Below are positions 25,780-32,450 of a stretch of 32,450 nt of DNA, piece by piece. The stretch is taken from positions 1 through 32,450 of the forward strand of contig JAJXSP010000003.1 in the NCBI GenBank assembly GCA_021784515.1, read 5' to 3'. The notes under the pieces are model-generated. The model made no database searches, was not told the DNA's origin, and worked only from the letters and a program-made list of their open reading frames with translations. The translations under genes and the position numbers were made by a program. Position 1 is the first letter of the stretch, and each line of letters opens with the position of its first letter. Source of the stretch: Myxococcales bacterium (GTDB lineage Bacteria; Myxococcota_A; Polyangia; Palsa-1104; SHYY01).

Positions 25780-26274
25780 TTACCGGTGGCACGTGGTGCA
25801 ATCCGTGGAAACGCCGCGTTCGCGATGGCAGTTGATGCAATCGGTCATCGTCAGCGCGACGAGCGGCGCCGGCGGCGGGCGCTTCTGGTTCTTCATCAGG
25901 CCATGGCATCGCTCGCAGGCGATTCCGCCCGATTGCACGTGCCGGCGATGGGTGAAGAAGACGTGACTCGGAATGGAATAGAGGCGCTGCCAGACGAGCG
26001 GCCGGTTCGCCTTCACCGCCTCGACGACCTTCTTCTCCTCGTCGGAGGTTCCGTTCGCCTCTGCATGGCAGTCCGCGCAGTCCGAGACCGTCGGCAGCCC
26101 CGCCACCTGGCCCGTCATCGAGCCGGCGTGGCAGTTGTCGCAGCCAATCTGTAATTTGTTCACGTGGACGTCGTGGTTGTACCCGACCGGCTGGTGGACC
26201 TCGCTGCCGCAACCGGCGAGAATCGCCCACAGCGGAATCAGGGAGCGAACGCCCCGGAGGTAATCGAATGCCAT
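25780..26274 (-). CDS. Pentaheme cytochrome c3-family protein (QrcA/ActA-like), lipoprotein
   Basis: QPVGYNHDVH, CDNCH, AGLPTVSDCADCH, WQRLYSIPSHVFFTHRRH, CERCHG, LTMTDCINCH, CTTCHR match the ActA/QrcA pentaheme pattern; lipobox LAGC; start moved to MAFDY. Confidence 0.9.
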   Translation of the reverse strand: MAFDYLRGVRSLIPLWAILAGCGSEVHQPVGYNHDVHVNKLQIGCDNCHAGSMTGQVAGLPTVSDCADCHAEANGTSDEEKKVVEAVKANRPLVWQRLYSIPSHVFFTHRRHVQSGGIACERCHGLMKNQKRPPPAPLVALTMTDCINCHRERGVSTDCTTCHR

Positions 26275-26276
26275 GT

Positions 26277-26759
26277 TCAGCCTTCGCTCCCATCGATGCT
26301 GCGTTGGAGTTCCCGGATCCACATCGCCTGCACCTGCTGGAGCCGGCGCCCCACCACCTCGGTCAGGCGCTCGATCACCGCCAGCCCGGTCTCCGCCTCT
26401 TCGTGGCAGAGCGAGCCCAGCGCCTCGCCGGAAAACCGCAGAAGCCGGCTATTCTCGACGGCGCGGGCGCTCATCGTCAGGACGTGCGGCCGCACCAGCG
26501 ACGACCAGGCGAGCGTGTCCCCCGAGCCCGCGGTCTGGATCGCGATCTCGCGGGGGGCGCCCTGGATGTGGAAGGGGACGGAGAGATCGACCTTGCCGCG
26601 GTCGATCAGATAGAGCCATTTCGCCGAATCACCGAGACGGAAGAGGAACTCCCCTGCCTTGACGACGATCGGCTCGCCGATACGGGCGAATCGCTCCAGC
26701 TTGCCGTCGGGGACGCCGGCGAAGATGCCGCGACCACGCAGTGCCTCCGCGGGGACCAT
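26277..26759 (-). CDS. Stand-alone cyclic-nucleotide-binding (Crp/Fnr sensory) domain protein, no HTH
   Basis: IFAGV...GEFLFRLGDSAKWLYLIDRGKVDL...GDTLAWSSLV...TMSARAVE; ends after the C-helix. Confidence 0.88.
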   Translation of the reverse strand: MVPAEALRGRGIFAGVPDGKLERFARIGEPIVVKAGEFLFRLGDSAKWLYLIDRGKVDLSVPFHIQGAPREIAIQTAGSGDTLAWSSLVRPHVLTMSARAVENSRLLRFSGEALGSLCHEEAETGLAVIERLTEVVGRRLQQVQAMWIRELQRSIDGSEG

Positions 26760-27122
26760 TTAATTGTGCTCCTCGGGCGAGAGCGGCGGCTGCCTCGCTC
26801 CCTGCCATTCGCCCCTCGCGCGCACGGCGTGCAGGCTCTCCTCCGACGGGTCGTCGACGAATCGCGCGACGGCGATCGTCTCTGCGCGAATGCGTTGCTC
26901 CAGCTGGAAGAGCAGGTCGGTCACCCCCGGCCGCCGCTGTGGCGCGCCACAGGTCGGGCACCGGTCTTCGAGGGGCTCCGGGAGGCGATCCTCGGGGGCA
27001 CGCGCCCCCGCCGTTCGCAGGGCGCGGGCCCGCTCTTGCTCGTTGGTCAAGAGCCCTGAGGCGAGGGCGAATAGCATCCCTCCGAAGAGCGTGATGGCGA
27101 GAATCACAAACACAGCGCCCAT
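26760..27122 (-). CDS. Hypothetical membrane-anchored protein with a CPxCG motif; first gene of the operon
   Basis: Strong SD GGGAGGT before ATG 27122; N-terminal TM helix; CPTCG; stop abuts the next ATG. Confidence 0.7.
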   Translation of the reverse strand: MGAVFVILAITLFGGMLFALASGLLTNEQERARALRTAGARAPEDRLPEPLEDRCPTCGAPQRRPGVTDLLFQLEQRIRAETIAVARFVDDPSEESLHAVRARGEWQGARQPPLSPEEHN

Positions 27123-27160
27123 GAGGTCACCTCCCTTGCGGCACGTCGCTGGCACACTAG

Positions 27161-27176
27161 GGCAGCATGTGTGCCA
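27161..27176 (-). promoter_or_regulatory. Sigma54 (RpoN) -24/-12 promoter of the cytochrome operon
   Basis: Minus strand TGGCACACATGCTGCC has exact GG-N10-GC spacing (consensus TGGCAC-N5-TTGC), about 40 nt upstream of the first ATG, next to a GAFTGA activator gene. Confidence 0.8.
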
Positions 27177-27204
27177 CGCAGGGCAGTTTCCAAAAGACGC
27201 GTAG

Positions 27205-27217
27205 AATCAAGGAGTTG
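27205..27217 (+). promoter_or_regulatory. IHF binding site
   Basis: AATCAAGGAGTTG matches WATCAANNNNTTR exactly and lies about 30 bp upstream of the -24 element, the usual position in sigma54 promoters. Confidence 0.7.
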
Positions 27218-27244
27218 TCGTCGTGCAGGGGAGTTGGAACGAAC

Positions 27245-27381
27245 TGCCAGATCTGTCGGATTCGTCAGGTCGTGGTGACGGCCAATTCGTAAACCCGTCG
27301 AATTTACCGGGCTTTCCGCCATGACAAGGGCGACTGACCGGCCCGACCAAAAACGTCAGAGTCCATTGCGGATTTTTCCGC
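27245..27381. promoter_or_regulatory. Candidate upstream activator sequences for the NtrC-family regulator
   Basis: AT-richer stretch with several dyads, e.g. GTCA-N8-TGAC (~27264-27279) and GCGGA-TTTT-TCCGC (27368-27381), 100-220 bp upstream of the sigma54 site. Confidence 0.4.
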
Positions 27382-27386
27382 CTTGG

Positions 27387-29273
27387 ATGGATCGGTTGAC
27401 GATTTATTTCGCCGGCGGCGCGGCGATCATCGTCGTGGCCACGCTCACGCTCGGGCTCTCGATCATCGGAGCGCGCCATTACCAGACGCTGCTCGAGGGG
27501 GCGCGCGGGGAGGCGCTCCGGCGGGCGGAGCTGGTGCGGGTGGCGCTGGAGCAACAGATGAGCGAGCAGCACCTGCCGCCGATGCGAGCGGTCACCCGCC
27601 GGCTGGTCGAGTCCTTCGCCTCGCAGCCCGAGCTGGAGCGCGTGATGGTGCTCGACCGCACCGGGCGCGTGAAGGTGTCGAGCGATCCCTCGATGATCGA
27701 CGTGCAGCTCCCCCGGGACAGTCCGAGCTGCATCTCCTGCCACGCCCTCCGCGCGAGCGAGCGCGCGAACTCGATGATCGTCGACTACGGCGATGGCGCC
27801 GTGATGCGCGCGGTGCAGCCGATCTACAACCGCCCCCCCTGCTACCAGTGCCACGATCCGGCGAGCCGCATCAACGGCATCGTCATCGTGGACGTCTCGA
27901 CGGCAGGGATCCTCCGCGAGGTGGCGCGCGACCGCCGGCGCATGATGCTGGTGACCTCGGTGCTGTGCCTGGTGCTCCTCGCCGGGATCGGCCTGCTCGT
28001 GCGCAACCTCGTGCTGCGGCGCCTGCACCGCCTGATGGTGGCGACCCGGGCGCTCGGCGCGGGCGACCTCGAGCGGCGCGTGAAGGTCGAGGGCAACGAC
28101 GCGCTGTCGACGGTGGCGGTCGAGTTCAACGAGATGGCCGACGCGGTGAGCCGGCTCCTGCGCGAGGTGCGCACGCAGGAGAGGCGGCTCGCCAACGTGA
28201 TGGACAGCGTCGATGATGGGCTGGTGGTGCTCGACGACGCGATGCGCGTGCGTGCCTTCAACGTCGCCTTCGCGCGGCGCTTCCGCATCGAGCACGGGAC
28301 GATGCTCGGCAACCCCTGCCAGGCCATTCCCGGGCTGCCCTCGGGGTGCAACTGCGGGGACGGCTGTCCGGCGCGGCGCTGCTTCGCCACCGGCGAGCTG
28401 CAGCGGGCGCTCCGGACGCGCGTCGGGGTCGAGGGCGAGGAGCGGATCGAGGAGGTCTACGTGTCGCCGGTGCTCGGAGAGGGCGGCGCCGTCGAGCAGG
28501 TGGTCGAGGTGTGGCGCGACATCACCGACCGCAAGAGCACGGAGGCGCGCGTGGTGGAGTTCGACCGGCTCGCGTCGCTCGGCATGCTCGCCTCCGGCTT
28601 CTCGCACGAGGTGAACACGCCGCTCGGGTCTATGCTGGCGTGCATCGACGCGATGCTGGAGCAGCTCGACGAGGCGGCGTCCTCGGAGGTCGCGCGCGTG
28701 GAGCTGCGCGGCCACGCGCACGTCATCCGCTCGGAGATCCTGCGCTGCAAGGGGATCACGCGGCAGTTCCTCCAGCTCTCGCGGGGCGAGAAGATCGCGC
28801 CCGGCCTGCTCGACCTGAACCGCGTCGTCGAGGCGGTGCTGCCGATCGTGGCGCCGACCGCGCGCGCCGCGGGCGTGACCCTCTCGTTCGACTCCTGCCC
28901 GCGCGCCCGCGTCCTCGCCAGCGACGGGGCGGTGCAGCAGGTTCTGCTCAACCTGATGATCAACGCGGTCCAGGTGTCGTCGCGCGGCTCGTCGGTGGCG
29001 GTGAGCAGCCGGTGCGGCGGCGAGGGCGTGCAGCTGCTCGTCGAGGACCGCGGCTGCGGCATCCCGGCGAAGGACCGCAAGCGGATCTTCGAGCCCTTCT
29101 TCAGCACGCGCCCTCAGGGCACCGGCCTCGGCCTGTTCGTCTCGCTCGGGCTCGCCCGCAACTGGGGCGGCGACATCCGCGTCGAGAGCGAGGAGGGTCA
29201 GGGCTCGACGTTCTACGTGAACTTCCCGGCGTTGGAGGACTGCGATGGATGGAGCGAGACTGCTTCTGGTTGA
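27387..29273 (+). CDS. Membrane sensor histidine kinase with periplasmic diheme c sensor, HAMP, Cys-rich PAS, HisKA and HATPase
   Basis: TM1, periplasmic CISCH and CYQCH, TM2, HAMP (GDLERRV...EFNEMA), PAS, H-box FSHEVNTPL, N-box NLMINA, DRGCGI and GTGLGL. Start is 27387 or 27321. Confidence 0.93.
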   Translation: MDRLTIYFAGGAAIIVVATLTLGLSIIGARHYQTLLEGARGEALRRAELVRVALEQQMSEQHLPPMRAVTRRLVESFASQPELERVMVLDRTGRVKVSSDPSMIDVQLPRDSPSCISCHALRASERANSMIVDYGDGAVMRAVQPIYNRPPCYQCHDPASRINGIVIVDVSTAGILREVARDRRRMMLVTSVLCLVLLAGIGLLVRNLVLRRLHRLMVATRALGAGDLERRVKVEGNDALSTVAVEFNEMADAVSRLLREVRTQERRLANVMDSVDDGLVVLDDAMRVRAFNVAFARRFRIEHGTMLGNPCQAIPGLPSGCNCGDGCPARRCFATGELQRALRTRVGVEGEERIEEVYVSPVLGEGGAVEQVVEVWRDITDRKSTEARVVEFDRLASLGMLASGFSHEVNTPLGSMLACIDAMLEQLDEAASSEVARVELRGHAHVIRSEILRCKGITRQFLQLSRGEKIAPGLLDLNRVVEAVLPIVAPTARAAGVTLSFDSCPRARVLASDGAVQQVLLNLMINAVQVSSRGSSVAVSSRCGGEGVQLLVEDRGCGIPAKDRKRIFEPFFSTRPQGTGLGLFVSLGLARNWGGDIRVESEEGQGSTFYVNFPALEDCDGWSETASG

Positions 29274-30594
29274 CGACGACGACACGTTCCGCACGGTCGT
29301 CGCGAGGCAGATCGCCCGCGCCGGGCACGAGGTGGAGACGGCCGCGACGGGGACCGCGGCGCTGGAGGCGCTCGCGCGCTCGGAGCCCGAGGTGGTGCTG
29401 CTCGATCTCCGGCTGCCCGACCTCGACGGGATGGAGGTGCTCGAGCGGATCCGGCGCGAGCACCCGACGGTGGAGGTGATCGTGCTCACCGGCCACGGGG
29501 CGGTCGACACGGCGATCCGCGCGGTGCGGCTGGGCGCCTACGACTACCTCGAGAAGCCGAGCCCCGTCGCCGTGCTCGACGTGGCGGTGCGCAAGGCGCG
29601 CGAGCACCGGTCGCTCCTCGAGAGCAACGTGATCCTGCGCTCGGGCCTGACGCCGCCCGATCGCGGCGCCGAGTTCTGCGGCAAGAGCCCGGCGTTCCAG
29701 GAGCTGGTGCGGCTGATCGAGCGCGTGGCGCAGACCGACTCGTCGGTGCTCGTCGTCGGCGAGACGGGCGTGGGCAAGAGCGCGGTGGCGCAGCTCATCC
29801 ACTCGCGGAGCCCGCGCAAGGCGCAGCCGTTCGTCGTCGTCGATTGCGGCGCGCTGCACGACACGCTGCTGCAGAATGAGCTGTTCGGGCACGAGCGCGG
29901 AGCGTTCACCGGCGCCGGCTCGCTCACCCACGGCCTGTTCGAGGTCGCGAGCCGCGGCACGATCTTCCTCGACGAGATCGGCGACGTCAGCGCGGCCACG
30001 CAGGCGCAGCTCCTGCGGGTCCTCGAGACGGGGAAGTTCCGGCGCGTCGGCGGCACGAAGGAGGTGCAGGTGGACGTGCGCGTGATCGCGGCGACGAACC
30101 GCGATCTGAACGACCTCCTCGGTCGGGGCACCTTCCGCAAGGACCTCTACTTCCGCCTGCACGCGATCCAGGTCGAGATCCCGCCGCTGCGCGAGCGGCG
30201 GGAGGACGTGGCCGTGCTCGTCGAGCACGTGACCCGCCGCTACAACGCGCGCTGCCAGCAGGAGCGGCGCTTCTCCGATACGGCGATCCGCGCGCTCGAG
30301 CAGTACCGCTGGCCCGGCAACGTGCGCGAGCTGATCCACGAGGTCGAGACGGCGATGACCCTCTGCGACGGCTCGATCATCGGTCCCGAGAAGCTGTCGT
30401 CGACGGTGCGGGGCGCCCGCTCGGGGGGCTGGATGCCCGAGGGCGACCAGCTGGTGACGCTGCGCGAAGCGGAGAAGCGGTACATCGATCACGTGCTGCA
30501 GAAGGTGAACGGTCACCGCGGCCGCGCGGCCGACGTGCTCGGGATCAGCGAGCGCAACCTGTACCGCCGGCTCGTCGACAAAGACGAGGATTGA
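29245..30594 (+). CDS. Sigma54-dependent response regulator (NtrC/AtoC family; REC-AAA+-Fis HTH)
   Basis: LLLVDDD, DLRLPD, GETGVGKS, ELFGHERGAFTGA, FLDEIG, WPGNVREL, AADVLGISERNLYRRL; overlaps the kinase gene. Confidence 0.96.
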   Translation: MDGARLLLVDDDDTFRTVVARQIARAGHEVETAATGTAALEALARSEPEVVLLDLRLPDLDGMEVLERIRREHPTVEVIVLTGHGAVDTAIRAVRLGAYDYLEKPSPVAVLDVAVRKAREHRSLLESNVILRSGLTPPDRGAEFCGKSPAFQELVRLIERVAQTDSSVLVVGETGVGKSAVAQLIHSRSPRKAQPFVVVDCGALHDTLLQNELFGHERGAFTGAGSLTHGLFEVASRGTIFLDEIGDVSAATQAQLLRVLETGKFRRVGGTKEVQVDVRVIAATNRDLNDLLGRGTFRKDLYFRLHAIQVEIPPLRERREDVAVLVEHVTRRYNARCQQERRFSDTAIRALEQYRWPGNVRELIHEVETAMTLCDGSIIGPEKLSSTVRGARSGGWMPEGDQLVTLREAEKRYIDHVLQKVNGHRGRAADVLGISERNLYRRLVDKDED

Positions 30595-30974
30595 CGCGGC
30601 CGCGGGCCGGTTGCAGCTGCCGGCGCGTGGTGACGCTGCTCGACGTGATCGAGCACGTTCCCGACGTCCGCGAGCCGGCCGTGCTCGACGAGGCGTGGCG
30701 CGTGCTCTGCCCCGGCGGTTCGCTCCTCGTCTCCACCAACACCGACCGCAGCGTCGTCGAGTGGAAGCACGACCGCCACTACAGCCAGGAGCGCTTCCGT
30801 GGGCTGTTCGTCGACCGCTTCCACGAGCTGCGGCTTGTCGGGCTGGTGCCCTACTTCCCGACGCTGCGTGCCTGGCTCGGCGCGCCCCTGGTGTGGCGCC
30901 TGTTCCGCGATCGGCTGCGGCCGTGCGACGCCGACGAGGGGCAGGTGGTGATCGGCGTGGGGCGGAAGCGGTAG
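30591..30974 (+). pseudogene. C-terminal fragment of a class I SAM-dependent methyltransferase
   Basis: VVTLLDVIEHVPD...LDEAWRVLCPGGSLLVST...HDRHYS is the post-motif-I half of Methyltransf_11/23 proteins; the SAM-binding GxG motif is absent and there is no room for it upstream. Confidence 0.65.
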
Positions 30975-30977
30975 CGC

Positions 30978-32450
30978 TCACACGGCGGGCACGAGCTCGA
31001 CCATCGCGCCGCCGAGCATGAAGTGCAGCCAGCACCCGAGCAGCCGCTTGCCCTCGACGCGCGCGAGGGCCTCGGCGTAGGCCCCAAGCTGCGGCGACAG
31101 CTCGGTCGCCTTCTGCCGCCACGCCGCCTCGCCCGATCCGGGGAAGCTCTTGTGGTCGATCACCACGAGGCCGTCGCCGACCTCGAGGAGGAGGTCGATC
31201 GCGCCGGCGACGCGGCGCCGACCGGCCGGCGTCGCGACGGCCGCGGTCACCGGCATCTCGCGCCGCCAGCGCGCGCCCGGCCACCGCTCGTCCACGAAGC
31301 GGCGCAGGGCGTCGCCCGCGTCGAGGAGCGCCGCCGGCGAGAGCACCGCGAGGAGCGACGGGGCCGCGAGCAGCCGCCGCGCCCGCTCGAGGCGCTCGCC
31401 CGGATCGAGACCCGGGACGTCGGCCGCGAGGAAGGCGTGCACCGCGGTGCCGACGGTGTCCCAGTCGACGCTCTTCGTCGCGCCGAGCGGCTGGCGCCGC
31501 CCGAGGCGCACGATGGCGGCCGGCTCGAACCGCGGCAGCCCCGGCCACTCCTGCGCGGCGTGCGAGGGCCGGATCCAGTACCCCGGGCGGGGCGCGCGCT
31601 CGACCGGCCGCGCGAACCAGCGGGGCGTCTCCTCGCCGCCCAGGCGCTCCGGGGGATCGGCGCCGAGGGTCACGCGCCACACGCGGGCGGGTGCGCTGGT
31701 CGCCGATCCGTCTCGCCGGCGGAACGCGATCGGCGCCTCGCCCTCGTCGCCGGCCGGCAGCGCGAGCAGCGCGCGCCCGTCGGCGACGCGCAGCTCGTCG
31801 AGCCACGCCGTGGCCGGCTTGCCGCGGCCCGGCCGCGCCGCGAGCACGAGGTGATCGCGCGCCCGCGTGAAGCCGACGTAGAGCAGCCGCACGCGCTCGC
31901 GCTCCTCGCGCTCCGTCACGCGCTGGCCCACCTCGGAGGTGCGCGCGCTCTCGGCGAGCGGCACGTTCTTCTGCAACCCGAACGGCCAGGGCCAGTAGCG
32001 GATGAAGCGGCCGCCGAGCGGGGCGGCGGCGTCGAAGGCGGGCCGATCGCTCTCGGGGCAGACGTCGAAGGCGGTGCGGCGCTCGCCGCGGTTCAGGCTG
32101 CCCAACACCACGACGGGCCACTCGAGCCCCTTCGCCTTGTGGAAGGTGCAGAGCGTCACCGCGTCGGGGCCGGCGCCAAGGTGCTGCGCGTCGTCGCCGT
32201 CGGCCGCCAGCTCGTCGAAGCGGCGCAGCATCCCGGCGAGCGTCGCCGCCTCGCGCTGCTCGGCGCAGCGCTCCTCGTAGCCGCGGGCGAGGGCGCGCAG
32301 GGCATCGAGGTTGGCGAGCCGCTGCGCGGGATCGGGCCAGCGCACGCACAGCGCCGCGAGGTCGAGCGCCGCGATCAGGCGGTCGAGCGCCTCCGACGGC
32401 GAAAGCGTCGCGACGAGCGGCCGCAGCGCTTCGATCCGCTCGACGGTGGG
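30978..32450 (-). CDS. UvrD/AddA/RecB-like helicase with C-terminal PD-(D/E)XK nuclease, partial; begins beyond the window end
   Basis: Frame stays open to 32450. Motif V TFHKAKGLEWPVV, motif VI LLYVGFTRARDHLVL, nuclease GTAVHAFL...GAIDLL...VIDHKS...QLGAY. Confidence 0.92.
   Translation of the reverse strand, partial: PTVERIEALRPLVATLSPSEALDRLIAALDLAALCVRWPDPAQRLANLDALRALARGYEERCAEQREAATLAGMLRRFDELAADGDDAQHLGAGPDAVTLCTFHKAKGLEWPVVVLGSLNRGERRTAFDVCPESDRPAFDAAAPLGGRFIRYWPWPFGLQKNVPLAESARTSEVGQRVTEREERERVRLLYVGFTRARDHLVLAARPGRGKPATAWLDELRVADGRALLALPAGDEGEAPIAFRRRDGSATSAPARVWRVTLGADPPERLGGEETPRWFARPVERAPRPGYWIRPSHAAQEWPGLPRFEPAAIVRLGRRQPLGATKSVDWDTVGTAVHAFLAADVPGLDPGERLERARRLLAAPSLLAVLSPAALLDAGDALRRFVDERWPGARWRREMPVTAAVATPAGRRRVAGAIDLLLEVGDGLVVIDHKSFPGSGEAAWRQKATELSPQLGAYAEALARVEGKRLLGCWLHFMLGGAMVELVPAV

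Noticed and set aside
30978-32450. Helicase-nuclease plus WYL gene as an anti-phage defence system
   Set aside because: They are over 21 kb apart, the helicase is incomplete in the window, and its motifs fit AddA/RecB-like repair enzymes; no supporting defence genes are visible.

Overview
High-GC bacterial DNA. DAG-rich linkers, short Cys-rich modules, sigma54 signalling and many cytochromes suggest Myxococcota or another deltaproteobacterial lineage (inference). The left arm (1-9146) holds a partial POT peptide transporter, a duplicated palindromic intergenic element, a hybrid histidine kinase, DUF4389 and small membrane proteins, a lipoprotein, a FadL-type porin, GlsB/YeaQ and CBS proteins, YbaK and a WYL regulator. 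The core is one ~17.9 kb minus-strand operon (27122->9253) of 14 mostly abutting or overlapping genes. It encodes a QrcABCD/ACIII-like quinone-interacting complex (pentaheme cytochrome, Tat-exported molybdopterin-oxidoreductase-like subunit, 4x[4Fe-4S] protein, NrfD subunit), a four-domain tetraheme and a monoheme cytochrome, two paralogous OmcA/MtrC-type decaheme lipoproteins with collagen-like N-termini, two 13-heme lipoproteins flanking a predicted beta-barrel, and a degenerate hemerythrin-like ORF: 56 heme-attachment motifs by my count. Upstream are a sigma54 -24/-12 promoter and an IHF site, and divergently a diheme-sensor histidine kinase and an NtrC-family activator. The arrangement reads as a self-contained quinone-pool-to-cell-surface electron conduit without recognisable MtrA/MtrB/CymA. 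The right end has a methyltransferase fragment and a partial UvrD/AddA-like helicase-nuclease. No tRNA, rRNA, CRISPR array or transposase was recognised.
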